A stretch of DNA of 64,000 nt from an uncultured Nitrososphaeraceae archaeon (GTDB taxonomy: Archaea > Thermoproteota > Nitrososphaeria > Nitrososphaerales > Nitrososphaeraceae). The translations under genes were made by a program, and so were the position numbers. Below the pieces are notes generated by a model. The model was not told where the DNA came from. It made no database searches and saw only the letters and a program-made list of their open reading frames with translations. Below, in pieces: positions 23,501-35,500 of this stretch (positions within the stretch are counted from its first letter, which is position 1; every line of letters begins with the position of its first letter). The stretch covers positions 1 to 64,000 of the forward strand of contig CAWIMJ010000050.1 of assembly GCA_963837175.1 (NCBI GenBank), in the 5' to 3' direction.

Positions 23501-24334
23501 AATGCTTAACTTCTGGAAGAAAAGCTGAAATCATTAAAGCACGGTGGAAGCAGGAAAGCATAGAAATATGTATATATGTATATATATTTTCAGCGATCAC
23601 GAACCTTTACTTATGAAGCGTTGCTTCCTATCTACCTATCAAAGACAATTGTATTTGTTGCTATTAATGTGAAGAGAAATATTTATCATGCATCTGCCAA
23701 TAAAGATATATCACTAGTTCTGAGAATCGAACTATGCCAGTTCCTTTTAATGCCAAATCGTCAAGTGAACTGACAGATGTGAGGCAGCGTCGATGACATT
23801 CTACGTAGAATAGCTTTATACAAGCAAAAGATATTTTATAACTAATATTTTATGAAATGAATTCATGTTGTGAGCGATCTGGCTTTATATTGTTCTTCTT
23901 AGATGATGTACTACTGTAGACGATTCGAATATGCATCTACCTGCGTTCATGGATAGATTATTTATAGCCTATAATCTTTTACTTGCCATCAACTTTCTCC
24001 TAGAGAAGACATTAAAAGTTTTCCTGATATTCAAGCAATTCTTTTACACTTCCCTAGGAGCAATATTGCTACAGAAATGGTTCGTACTGTTGGACCAGTA
24101 TCAGTATCTTATCTATAAGAATAAATGTAATCAAAAGACCAAGATAATAAAACTATTCTAAAATAGATATGAATACAATTTCAATTTCAATACATTACCA
24201 AACTGTGAAACATAAAGATAAAGAAAAATATGAAAAATATACGATACAAATGTGAGCCTCTTTAGATTATAATAAAACTTTTCTGTTATCATATAACAAA
24301 CAATAGAAAATAAATATGTATAACCTAATTTGCT

Positions 24335-24877
24335 ATGTGTGTACCGATGGTCGACAACGTCGACGAATTAATATTATCTACACTAAGTAAGAATTCAAAA
24401 CAACATACAAAAGAGATCTGGGAATTCCTAAGAGATCATGGATGCTATATAAGTGAGAAAGAAATAGAGTCGAGAATTAGCAAACTAGAAGATAATGGAG
24501 TAATAACAGGATACACTATATCTGTCGACACAAAGAAGGTTAAACGTCGTGTAATACGTATTGCACTTATTACGTTCAAAACATCCCAGCATCTTAGGAG
24601 TAGAATAGAAGGGTTAAAAAAATATCTTGCTGATGCACCTTTTGTAATCTTCTCCGGGAGGACCAGAGGTGGATATGATTGGATAATTGTCCAAGCTTTT
24701 CTAACAGAAGAAATTGCTGATGAAGAAAGTGACATATATCGAAATCTTTTTGGAGATATTATTCAGTCATACGGGGTTTATGACTTTGTTTCAATAAAAG
24801 AGCCGTCTTTCCATGCTCTTATGCATACCGACAAGGAATATAAGAAATTTCTCAATGAATGGATCCCGACATTCTGA
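24335..24877 (+). CDS. Lrp/AsnC-family transcriptional regulator
   Basis: DELILSTLSKNS...RISKLEDNGVITGYT HTH and a RAM-like C-domain (GRTRGGYDW). Confidence 0.88.
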   Translation: MCVPMVDNVDELILSTLSKNSKQHTKEIWEFLRDHGCYISEKEIESRISKLEDNGVITGYTISVDTKKVKRRVIRIALITFKTSQHLRSRIEGLKKYLADAPFVIFSGRTRGGYDWIIVQAFLTEEIADEESDIYRNLFGDIIQSYGVYDFVSIKEPSFHALMHTDKEYKKFLNEWIPTF

Positions 24878-24906
24878 GAGGGTAGGTAATGTATTATATA
24901 GTTTTT

Positions 24907-25789
24907 TTATTGATTCTTGATGAATTTTCGGCTTGAATTTTTGAAACGTATGGTATCGTCAATCATGGCATGCACCTTTAATCTTAATCCCATCAAAAAA
25001 TTGGTCATTTCTGTTCTTTTATCGGGTTCAATAGTGGTATTAACTTCTTCAATTAGGTTATCCATTCGCGCAAGAGTGATCTTGAGGGCTAAAGATGTCT
25101 TTTTAGTAATACTAAGTGATTTAGATAGAACCTTAGGCCGGAAGGAATCACATTCAGCTATATTAACCTCTTTCAGGAGTGATTTTACCTCCCTTATCTG
25201 TCTAACAGTCAAATTATTATTTACCACGTGATTCATTATTTCTATTCGAGAATCAAAAGGTAAATTGGTAAGTTCTAATGCTTGGCTAACATTCAGACGG
25301 TTGTTAAAAATTTGTTCTTTGATATTCATCAGGCAGCTTTAAGAGTTGAATTCGATGCGATACATATACTTCGCTCATACCTATCTTCTTAGCCAACTCG
25401 CTTACACCTCCCCATCCAAAGTCTATGACATATTTTCTGAACGCCTCTGCTTCCTCAATGGGCTCCATGGTCTTGCGTTGGATATTCTCAGTAAGTTGTA
25501 TTTCATACGCTTGTTTGTCTGACATTTCACGAATTTTACATGGAATAAAGCGCCATCTCAGGGACTTGCAAGCATGAAATCGCCTGTGACCAGCCACGAT
25601 TTCAAAACCATGGGCAACTGGGCGTATTAAGATAGGCTGGAGTAAACCGTGTTCTTTGATACTACTAACTAATGCGTCATCATCATCATTAGAGGACAAT
25701 GCGTGGAATTTTTCTCGTATAGCAAATTGAGATTTACGTATCATCTTCATTTCTATAGGTTCCACTATACTTGTATCCACAAATTCCAT
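24907..25789 (-). pseudogene. ParB/Spo0J-like protein (CTPase domain, HTH, helical C-terminus) split by a +1 frameshift near 25325
   Basis: SIKEHGLLQPILIRP, EIVAGHRR, ENIQR and HTH ELAKKIGMSEVYVSHRIQLL. Removing one base joins LPDE to IKEQIFNNRLNVSQALEL. Confidence 0.85.
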
Positions 25790-26260
25790 GAATAGGGGGA
25801 GGATTGTTAAGTACTTATGTGTTATTATGATTTGAGGTATTTTTTCATTCTTTTAGCACAAAATACAAATATCACTATAGATATTGCAATATAACTAAAT
25901 ATTAGCTAAATATTCATTTCATGCAATTTTTTATGTTATTACACAAACTACAATTCTTTTGCAATTAGAGCCAGTTGTTTTTTCAAAACGACCATAATTT
26001 TCAAATCTGTTATTTGCCAAATAATATATCTTGCTACTTAAATTTATTTCCTTTCAAAAGAAAACGGACTACGTGTATCTGCTTTATATCATAACAGTTA
26101 TTGAAAGCCAAAGAGCATTCGATTGTATAGGATTTTCATACTTTTAATGTCCTCAGTATCTTTTATCAGATATTGTATTAGTCTTCAAGTAATAATAATC
26201 ATGAAATTTCTGCGTCTATCGACAATGTATTATCTAGTCAGTCAGAACATTGTGGCTTAG

Positions 26261-26950
26261 CTATTCTTGGTGAATCAGTTTTGAAAAATTATTATAAACC
26301 ACCTTACACTTACTGAATAAATCTTCATCATCTATTTTATCAGATGCAATGTCACACGTTTGGATATTTTCGTCTTTCATCTCCTTCGCATATTCTTTCA
26401 TCCATCTTTCTATCATTTCACGATTCACTTCGAGATGAAATTGGATACCGATAGCACTACCAATTCTAAATGCTTGGGGGTATAGTTTTGAGGTTGCCAT
26501 AATAATTGAGGTTCTGGGAAGATCATAGGTATCTCCATGCCACTGAAAAGCTCGTATAGTACTATCTTTGATACCATCAAACATATCTTTCTGTCCAATA
26601 GGAGTTATATTAACGTCATACCAGCCAATCTCCTTTCTCATACCCTTGTAGACTCTTCCCCCAGCCGCCTGAGCTATAAGCTGGGATCCAAGACAAATAC
26701 CCAAAAGAGGGATTTTCTTTTTTATGGAATCTCTGATTAGGACTTCTTCCTCCCTAAGATATTTTTTTTCCTCATAAACTGCCATTGGTCCTCCGAGAAC
26801 GACAATTGCCTTATAACTTTCTGCGTTGTCTGGAATAATATCTGTCTGTGCGTTAATAGTTTCGATTTTATACCCATCAGATTGAAATAATTCTTTTAAT
26901 GCACCTAATGTTTCACATTCAATATTTTGAATTGTTAGAATTTTCTTCAT
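26261..26950 (-). CDS. Class I glutamine amidotransferase-like protein
   Basis: LGGPMAVY, LGICLGSQL, QWHGD and QFHLE (Cys-His-Glu triad). Confidence 0.92.
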   Translation of the reverse strand: MKKILTIQNIECETLGALKELFQSDGYKIETINAQTDIIPDNAESYKAIVVLGGPMAVYEEKKYLREEEVLIRDSIKKKIPLLGICLGSQLIAQAAGGRVYKGMRKEIGWYDVNITPIGQKDMFDGIKDSTIRAFQWHGDTYDLPRTSIIMATSKLYPQAFRIGSAIGIQFHLEVNREMIERWMKEYAKEMKDENIQTCDIASDKIDDEDLFSKCKVVYNNFSKLIHQE

Positions 26951-27144
26951 TACTGAATATACAATGAAATATAAGAAAATAATATTTTTTATATTTTATT
27001 TTCAGTAAGATCATAAAGTTATTATCGCTACTAGATTCGATAAAGAATGGTTATTTGTATCGATGCTCTATGAAATGTTATTAAGCTATATCAAACAACA
27101 TTCTATAAAATTTATAAATGCAAGTAAAATTTTATTAAAGAATC

Positions 27145-28218
27145 GTGGATAAAAAGCACACTTTTACTGGCAAGAAAATAGAGCCTCCAAATATTCATTC
27201 AGAAATGACAGTTTCAGAATTGATTGATTTTTTTGCTTCCACAGGATATAATGCTCGCCGACTTGCTGAAGCAGCAGAAATTATGAAGGACATGATTGAC
27301 ACAAATTCTACTATATGCTTGACTCTAGCCGGTGCGATGACTCCAATAGGATTAGGAAAATCTATAGGCACTCTGATTGCAAATGGTTTTATTGACTGGA
27401 TTGTCACGACTGGTGCCAATGTGTATCATGATCTGCATTTTGCATACGATTTACCTGTACGTCAAGGTCACTTTGAAGTAGATGATGATATATTGTATTC
27501 AAAGCAAATTGTAAGAATTTATGATGTCTACATAAAGGAGATAGAAACATTACAGTCTCAGGATTATATCATTCAAAACGAATTTAAGAAAAAATCAAAA
27601 GAAATACCGAAAGTTGCATCAACTGCGGATATAGCCTATGCGTTGGGAAAGGCTGCTAATGAGAATTCAACATACCCTGAAAAATCATTTGTTGTTTCTG
27701 CATATCGTCAGAATGTTCCGATATATATACCAGCAATCAGTGATTCTTCAATTGGGCTTAATTTACTTCCATTATTATTTGAGGAAAAAGGAATACTTCC
27801 AAATGTAATTTTAGATGTCGCAGAGTCAGCCGCAATACTTTGGAAAAGCAGAAAATCTGGTGGAATCGAATTAGGCGGTGGCGTTCCAAAGAACTTTTTC
27901 CAGCAAACTGGACCAGCATTGTATCAAATATTGAAGCTAAAAGAAGGGGGACAAGATTACCTTATTCAGCTTACTGATGCAAGACCTGATACTGGAGGTC
28001 TATCTGGAGCGACTTTGCAAGAAGGGAAGAGCTGGGGTAAAATTAAAACATCCCACAGAGGAAATGTAATAGTTTATGGAGATGCTTCTGTCTATTTTCC
28101 ACTCTTGTGTTCTTATGCACTTTCGAAATGCAAATCAAGAAAAATCAAGGAGCTTTATAAAAAGAAAAATCCGTGGGTTATCCAAATGAAACAATTCTAC
28201 ATGAACAATAAAAAATAA
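27145..28218 (+). CDS. Deoxyhypusine synthase-like protein (possible homospermidine-synthesis enzyme)
   Basis: TTGANVYHD, DSSIG, GGGVPKNF, DTGGLSGA and SWGK motifs. Confidence 0.88.
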   Translation: MDKKHTFTGKKIEPPNIHSEMTVSELIDFFASTGYNARRLAEAAEIMKDMIDTNSTICLTLAGAMTPIGLGKSIGTLIANGFIDWIVTTGANVYHDLHFAYDLPVRQGHFEVDDDILYSKQIVRIYDVYIKEIETLQSQDYIIQNEFKKKSKEIPKVASTADIAYALGKAANENSTYPEKSFVVSAYRQNVPIYIPAISDSSIGLNLLPLLFEEKGILPNVILDVAESAAILWKSRKSGGIELGGGVPKNFFQQTGPALYQILKLKEGGQDYLIQLTDARPDTGGLSGATLQEGKSWGKIKTSHRGNVIVYGDASVYFPLLCSYALSKCKSRKIKELYKKKNPWVIQMKQFYMNNKK

Positions 28219-28411
28219 GCCATCAGCATAGGTAAAGTATTGATAAGGAGAAGTAATAAAAATTTAAAGATATGTGTTCCAACTTCATTGCACTATGAAA
28301 GATATGAATTGCATGACACATTAATAGTATAGGAATCATAGCAATAATTTTGAGACGGAGTATTGTGTGAGCATAATATATGAGAGAAAGTATAGTATAT
28401 TATTTTATATA

Positions 28412-28837
28412 ATGAGAATAAAACTGAAGTTTAGAAAAATTGTTGAAACGTGTATATATGCATATGAATTAGAAAAAATGAGGGATTTTTACGTTAATAC
28501 TATTGGACTCCAATTGATCGCTGAACAAAAGGGGAGACATATCTTCTTGAAAGTAGGAAAAAGTATGCTATTGATCTTCAATCCAAAAAATACAATGATC
28601 AAAAGCAATAGTGTATTTCCAATTCATGGTGCATTAACCCCACCTGCAATAGTTCATTTTGCATTAGAAATCGAAAAGGAAGATTATGAGAGTTCAAAAA
28701 ATATGTTGAACCAAAACAAAATAGAAATTGAGAAAGAAATAACATGGAAAAAAGGAACAAAATCTATCTATTTCAGGGATCCTGTTGGTAATCTAATCGA
28801 GTTTATTACTCGGAATAGCTGGCCAGTAGAAGATTGA
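28412..28837 (+). CDS. VOC/glyoxalase-family protein
   Basis: ETCIY, HFAL and SIYFRDPVGNLIEF motifs. Confidence 0.88.
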   Translation: MRIKLKFRKIVETCIYAYELEKMRDFYVNTIGLQLIAEQKGRHIFLKVGKSMLLIFNPKNTMIKSNSVFPIHGALTPPAIVHFALEIEKEDYESSKNMLNQNKIEIEKEITWKKGTKSIYFRDPVGNLIEFITRNSWPVED

Positions 28838-30361
28838 TTGATTGATCGATGAATTTAGATTTCTTTATAATTTTATAACTAATAATGTTAGAATATATAA
28901 TTCCATTAGAATCTCTTTGATGATTGGATATATACTGGTCTTGTAAAAGGAAATTCATAATAAGTCGTAACCCCTTTTCATTTCTTATCACAACGTATAG
29001 GGAAGAATCCAATACATAAAAGACAGAACAGGATGTGCTGATGATTATTTTCCATGTATAAAAGAGAAGTGTAGACTAGAGCAAATTATCAACTGGTTCA
29101 ATCTTTTTGTAGACTAACATAAAAAGAGGTGATTGTTTAAGTTAACACAGCAATTATACATGTAGTTTTTTCTATTGGAATGTAGTAGAATAGCTAGTCA
29201 AATATCCATGTTTTGCATAAATAAAGCGGTCCAAGAATGTTGTGTCAATAGCATTTGTGTAAAACTCACAATTGTCTTCACAATATCAAATGTTATGTTG
29301 GCAGAAGCTGGATTATTATATTCACAGTCTCTCTCAAAGCCCAAATATTTCTTGTCGTGGACGCTATAGTCACAATCTTGTCTACTGCAGTATTATTAGT
29401 AGCTTGTTGGTTTTATGACGACAATCATCAATAATCATTAGGAAGTTATGACAATGTGTTTATATACATTAATTAATTGGCGAATTATTGCCTCGTTGAG
29501 TATGACCTGCTAACCCTTACTCATAGAGCGGAGATATATACGTGTGTGTGTCAGACAATAATTTATATCACACGCTGATTCTAGTAATGTATTAGAGGAT
29601 GCTTTTCCACTCAACGAGGCTTTATATTCTATTCTCCTGACATCGCTTTAATACTTTTTTCCAAATTTACTCCATATTAAGCTAAGAAGATTGTGCATTA
29701 AGTTCGCAATCCATTGTCTACTCTCTGTTTTCGGAGCCTCAAGACTAACAAGCGATATCAAATCAATTCAGCAGGAGTGACTTCATCTTGAAATCTTTAG
29801 GAATAAATTTTGTGGAATACTGCAAAATGCTTATTATTATTTGGTTGTCCTGCTCAACAGTTGTCGTATATTTTTTGATAATCTTCGGCTATTGTCATTT
29901 ATCATATTTAATAACGGGATAGTCTAACTATTTGAAATTTAATCAGCAGATTGCTGTATGGTTTGTAAGGGTCTATTCATCTCTCTGTAATCGGTCACAC
30001 AATTCGAATCTACAATATGCTACTTAAAGTTGATAGAAATATTGTCATTTCTTCAAAAAGGTTTTTTCTCATTCTATTACTTAGTTTTTATAATCATTAT
30101 CTGAAAGATTGATCTCTCTCATTTTTGTTTTTGGTAGGAATTCTATATAATCTGAATATTTTTCGATATGGATACGTTAATCAGTCAGTTAATTTATCGA
30201 TGCAGAATATCCCGGCGCTGTTATAATCTCCATTGTTTTATCAAATGATGTATCGTTATAAGTAAATAATATTCTCATAAGTAGTTACAGTTTCAGCACT
30301 ATTCAACAGTTTCGTTTGGTTTATTCTAGTTAATAAGTAGTATTCTGTAATTAATTCTAGG

Positions 30362-31075
30362 TTGGTAACATCGATATCACTAATAATAGCTGAGGCAGCA
30401 TTAGAAACTGTACCAAAGCAAATAGCTAGTCATCCTGCAGTTAAAAACCAAGCTCAAAAGCTTGGCAGAAATCCTAGAGAAATTTTACTTGACAAAAGTT
30501 ATCACCATTCTGCAATGCTGAGATCTGGATTAGAATCATATTGGAAGCGTGGCAGACCAGATATAATCCATTTTGCCCTGATGGAGGCATTGTCTACTCC
30601 GTTGTTTCTTAAAAATAGGTTGAAGGTATATGTTCACACGGTAAAAAATAAGTTAATAGTTATTGGTGATAATTTGCGAATACCAAAATCCTACTTTCGT
30701 TTTGAAGGTATTATGATAAATTTATTCAAAGAGAAGATAATTAAAAGCGCTGATGACAAGAATATGCTTTTAGAATTACACGACAATATTACATTTGAAC
30801 AATTCATAATAAATGAAGTAAGACCTGACAAGCTGATCGGCCTCTCTAGCGATGGAGTTAAAAGCAGTGCAGAAGCAATAGTGTCTAGAAACAGTATTAA
30901 AAACAATAACCACATTGCATTTGTGGTAGGGGGATTTCCAAAAGGTCATTTTTCAGAGAATACAAGCAGGGTATTTAGTTGTTCATTTTCTATTGGAGAA
31001 TTAGAATTGGAGGCACACGTAGTTATTGCAAGAATACTATATGAATGTGAGAAAGTTCTTGATTTGCATAATTAA
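30362..31075 (+). CDS. nep1: Nep1/Emg1 rRNA pseudouridine N1-methyltransferase
   Basis: EAALETVP, LLDKSYHH, RGRPDIIH, RIPKSYFRF and VGGFPKGHF motifs. Confidence 0.92.
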   Translation: MVTSISLIIAEAALETVPKQIASHPAVKNQAQKLGRNPREILLDKSYHHSAMLRSGLESYWKRGRPDIIHFALMEALSTPLFLKNRLKVYVHTVKNKLIVIGDNLRIPKSYFRFEGIMINLFKEKIIKSADDKNMLLELHDNITFEQFIINEVRPDKLIGLSSDGVKSSAEAIVSRNSIKNNNHIAFVVGGFPKGHFSENTSRVFSCSFSIGELELEAHVVIARILYECEKVLDLHN

Positions 31076-31415
31076 TTATCAAACACGACTACTACTAAAT
31101 CTATCGTTATACATCTCCTTCTTTTCTTTCGTTCTTATGCTGGATAGATGTGGTTTGAATCTCTCCTTACCAATCCCGTTGCTGTCTACTTATAATTGCT
31201 GAAATACTCGAGTAAGAATATCAGGAAATGCCTCCAATCTTGTACGGTTCTCTACTGAACACATCTATGGACGTGTTGAAAATGAATCTGTAAATAGACT
31301 CGTGACGTTGTTGCAATCATAAAAGGTTAGGGTCTATCAACGATAAACAATTATTGTTTATACCTCTCAGTTATAGGGTGGACTGTATATGTCGGCAATG
31401 ATGATGGCGGGAAGA

Positions 31416-32426
31416 TTATGAAGAATTGGATGAAGAACAAGCACCAGCAGCACTATCAATAATACTATTTATGAAATATTTCAGTAGCCTCTCATAAAGC
31501 TTGTTAGCTTCGTTTAATATGAATTTCTTATAACCCTCAATATGCAATTGTAGCGATTGTTTTGTTACTATTGTTGGTGATGATATATCAAAGACTAAAA
31601 GATCATCGTATTTGTCCGGATTTGTTCTTAATACTTCAAATACTGATGCAAGAGCGAATTGTAAGAGTACTTTACCATCTATCAGAACAACTCTAACTTC
31701 TTCTTCAATAGCCCTTTTGATTTTAAGATATTCTTCATTATTGCTCTCGAATCGGCTCACAAGGCATTCTAGCCTGGATATTTCATTATTGAGAATTTCT
31801 GACTCTTGTCTTTTGCGTTCACATAATATATGGTAGGAGTTCAGCAGCTGCTTGAAGCTTACTGTTTGGTCGTCCACGTTATTCAAGAGCTCCTTGGATC
31901 TTTCTATTTGGAGGTTCAACTCATATATCTTATCTCTGCGCCATTTACGCCCTTTTTCAAAGGATGATAATCCAGTATAATTATACTCATCAGCTAATTG
32001 GAGAAGATTAATAACGTGCTTTACACTTACACCTTCTTTCTTTGCTAATCTGATTAACTTTAGAAAATATCCTGTGCCCTCATCTCCTAACTCTTCATAA
32101 GCCAAAAAGAATTTATGCAGTCGCTTTAGCTTGCAATATTCTATATACAGCTTATTTACTTCTGGCTCTCTTAAATATAGTGTGACGGCCACTTCCACGG
32201 GTGTCCTACCTTTAGAAAATAGTTCGTAGGCTTTGGAAGATATCTCTCCTTGCTGTTGATGATTTTGATATTGTAGTCTTCTGGCTTCTTCTTCCTTTAT
32301 AATAGCGTTTATATCACTGGGTGATATTCTTTCTGTTTCTGCAATTTCAGCATAAGTATTGTGCTGGTTAAAATACAGAGCTATTATCCGCTTTTTTCTG
32401 TCAACACTTAATTGTATTATTCTCAT
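31416..32426 (-). CDS. HTH plus coiled-coil hypothetical protein (Nitrososphaeraceae multicopy type)
   Basis: N-terminal HTH (TYAEIAETERISPSDI), second HTH (KAYELFSKGRTPVEVA), long coiled coil. Confidence 0.7.
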   Translation of the reverse strand: MRIIQLSVDRKKRIIALYFNQHNTYAEIAETERISPSDINAIIKEEEARRLQYQNHQQQGEISSKAYELFSKGRTPVEVAVTLYLREPEVNKLYIEYCKLKRLHKFFLAYEELGDEGTGYFLKLIRLAKKEGVSVKHVINLLQLADEYNYTGLSSFEKGRKWRRDKIYELNLQIERSKELLNNVDDQTVSFKQLLNSYHILCERKRQESEILNNEISRLECLVSRFESNNEEYLKIKRAIEEEVRVVLIDGKVLLQFALASVFEVLRTNPDKYDDLLVFDISSPTIVTKQSLQLHIEGYKKFILNEANKLYERLLKYFINSIIDSAAGACSSSNSS

Positions 32427-32639
32427 ATAATAAAGACCAATTACTTATAAAGGGAACGTTTTTTGTAATACTATTTGCTTTCATTTATATATCCACATAT
32501 TTCCTTATTACCATCTACTTTCTTCTTTATAGTAACGCTTAATAATGTACTATAGTTTGAGCATCTTTAAAAATTTATAATTATAGTATTCAAACCTAGG
32601 AGGAAGAAAGGAGTAAAAGTAACAATCCTCCTATACAAA

Positions 32640-33027
32640 AGACAAACCTTGGAGTTTGCAAAGATCGAATACCAACTGAAGAAAATAAGATCAGATCAAA
32701 CAACTTCTGACCGATGTTGAAGACACAGGCTGATTCACAGATTCTATCACTAACAAATTCTCCTCCAAAGCAACCAGAGGAAGTGCTTTGACCTCGGCCT
32801 CGATGTATCCATATGACAACGATGCCATGGGCGATTTTTCACATAAGCCAGCAGAAGTGTATGTTGAAAAGCCGCCTGCGTGATACTGGAACGCGACAAG
32901 CGAGGAGATCAAGCTCATTCTGAGGGATTTATATAACATGAATAACTAGCCCATGACCACCAGAAAGATTCGCGAGATGGCGTACAGCCATCTCATCAAC
33001 GCCGGCTTTCGGGGCTATAATGACTAA
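32640..33027 (+). pseudogene. GC-richer coding remnant of unknown family
   Basis: One frame reads ...YPYDNDAMGDFSHKPAEVYVEKPPA*YWNATSEEIKLILRDLYNMNN*PMTTRKIREMAYSHLINAGFRGYND* with scattered stops. Confidence 0.4.
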
Positions 33028-33317
33028 ACCAACTTATTATCATGTTTGTTAAGATACAAACGTAAGCGAGTACACTAATAGCAGTAACAAGAATTAAAAA
33101 AGAAGATTGATTTGATTATTATTATACTAAAGACATTTTCTTCTTTTTATAGGAAGGTATCTTCCAACAAATGGACTTTTATATCTCATTGTTTTAGAAA
33201 AAAATTGAAGGACAGCTGTCATCAACAGAAGCACAATTTTCTGATTTCAAGGCAGATATAAACCCACGATCTTGGCTCTTACAATATCGCCGTAATTCAA
33301 TTGGTTACATTATAAAA

Positions 33318-33845
33318 ATGCTTTTGTTCTATCATGGAATTGGCTTTATTCTTATGCTAATAGGAACATCTGTCGTCGAAAAAGTATTTTTGGATTATGA
33401 AGAACCTACACGTCCCCTATATCTTAGTTTAGTGTTATCCGCTGGACCCATTGAGGAAACTATTTTTTTTGGTATTCCTTTTTATGTCTTTGCCAATAAT
33501 TTAGTGGTTTTGGCAGGCGGTATTATATGGGCAATGTTACATATTCTGAATACTAATACGTTTGAAATGAGTGCCCTTGCTTATGCAAACTGGTTATTCG
33601 TTATACCTTCTCTTTTTTTCAGTCTCAGAACTTGGATCAGCGGAAAAGGTTGGTTTGCAGTACTTACTCATTCTATATGGAACGGAATTTTTTTTGCTCT
33701 AAGTTGTATCTCTGGGCAAACATTTTGTATAATCAGTTGGTCTCCGGCAGATTCTCCCGGAATTATAAATAGTATATTTGTCTCTGGAGGATTGCTCTGT
33801 TTAACCTATTTGTTATATAGAAGAAAACAAAATAAAGAAAAATAA
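33318..33845 (+). CDS. CPBP/CAAX-family intramembrane metalloprotease (frame open upstream to 33198)
   Basis: GPIEETIFFG, WAMLH and HSIWN motifs; transmembrane helices. Confidence 0.85.
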   Translation: MLLFYHGIGFILMLIGTSVVEKVFLDYEEPTRPLYLSLVLSAGPIEETIFFGIPFYVFANNLVVLAGGIIWAMLHILNTNTFEMSALAYANWLFVIPSLFFSLRTWISGKGWFAVLTHSIWNGIFFALSCISGQTFCIISWSPADSPGIINSIFVSGGLLCLTYLLYRRKQNKEK

Positions 33846-34949
33846 TATCTTTCTCTCTCCAACTTTTTCCAATTTTTATCCTGAACCTAAAAGGGTATCA
33901 ATGAAATATGAATTTTAACAGTTTGGGAACACAGATTTATCATTATATAAAATGATATTACTATTACTCTACAACATTTGATACATTTTCGAGAAATTCA
34001 TGATCAACAAACATCAAACGGACGCTAATGCATGTTATTAATGCTTTATTCTTTATTCATCGAATAATTTTATATTACATACCTAATACACAAGAGATAA
34101 TCTATAGTTAAAGCGTATATGCATGCTAAGTTAATTATTCGACATACAATATATTTTCTAGTAATGCATTGTCTACCCTAAAGTTATTTCAAGAGTATGT
34201 TGCCAAATACTTCGCATTTACTAATGCAAATACGTGTTAGCATTTGACTTGGACACTGACACTGACTTAAAGAATACCTTTCAAAAAGGCAGCGAAAAAA
34301 ATGAATATTAATATCTTTTACAATTTAAGCAATACGTAGTATTGAATGCATAAGAGTTAGAAAAGAAAAGTGAGAGTAAATTTATAGAATATCAATACTG
34401 CACAAGACACTTTATTATTGCTTGCGTTATTGGCCATCATCTCTTGTGTACATTTCAAAGCTAACTCAGAATTGAATGAATATTCAAATTGGATTAAAAC
34501 AGCAACCGTCAAAACACGAATATAATAATATTGGTCCTGATTCTTGTTATATGAGTTTCCATTAATTTTATACTTTCGTGCTATATATTTACGTTTTTGG
34601 GGAAGTTTTTCATTATCTTTGCTCTTAAGATCTTTAAATCTGGATTTTGATCGTGATCTTCCAACAGACTTAACTTTTTTATCTTATTTTTTTCTCTCAA
34701 GGTTGTAAAAATATACACCGTTTCTTCGAATACATCTTTATAACACTAGCTTAATTTTTATGGATTAATTAATAAAAAATAACGTGTATACGCCTTTTTA
34801 CAGCTAGACTATATTATTAATATGGAGACAAGTGATGGTATAAAAAAATGATTATTATTTGTAAAAGGATCAACGAGAATTTAATGAAAAGAGCGCAGAG
34901 AAATAAAAATACTAGACAACTTTCGCAACCAAGTAGGAATGCTGCCATA

Positions 34950-35117
34950 ATGTTCACTTATTATGTCATACTAAAAGAATGCGGTCATAGATCATATAAT
35001 ATAAAAAATGATAACATTGAGGACAAAATCATACACCATTGCTATTGTGACCAATGTCAACAAGTTAGAACAATAAAGACTTTAGGCTTCATTCTAGAGA
35101 ATAACATGTCACATTAA
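34950..35117 (+). CDS. Small Cys/His-rich putative zinc-binding protein
   Basis: ECGH...CYCDQC motif; the alternative start is 34848. Confidence 0.45.
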   Translation: MFTYYVILKECGHRSYNIKNDNIEDKIIHHCYCDQCQQVRTIKTLGFILENNMSH

Positions 35118-35500
35118 CTACCTTAAATTTATTCGTCTAAACCATTAGAATGGATTTTTGAGGAAATAACATTTCATTCAAGACAACAAAAACAAATGCA
35201 AGTTTTGTTATGTAAGGTTAAGTAATGATTGCTTATTTTTTTATATTCACAAATTCTTCAACTTTTTTGCCTTTTAATCTATATTGAATTTGTAAATGAA
35301 GTTGTGAGTACCATATATCATCGTTAAAAACGCACTATTATTACAAATATTTAAACGTCACCAAAATTTCTTAAATGCCCCTGTCTTATCGATATTTACT
35401 AAACACTAAACACTAAACAATATAAGTGTCTACCACAAGTTCTAATTCGCTGGGCTTTTCCAATACATAATATAAATAGCATCATTACTAACTTTCTATA

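Noticed and set aside
24350-24364. GTCGAC-AAC-GTCGAC at the start of the Lrp gene as a third operator
   Set aside because: It has different spacing, lacks the TTA/TAA outer arms, and is explained by the Val-Asp-Asn-Val-Asp codons.
29400-30050. Possible decayed gene in the long intergenic region before nep1
   Set aside because: The frames I translated were stop-ridden and I could not recognise any family.
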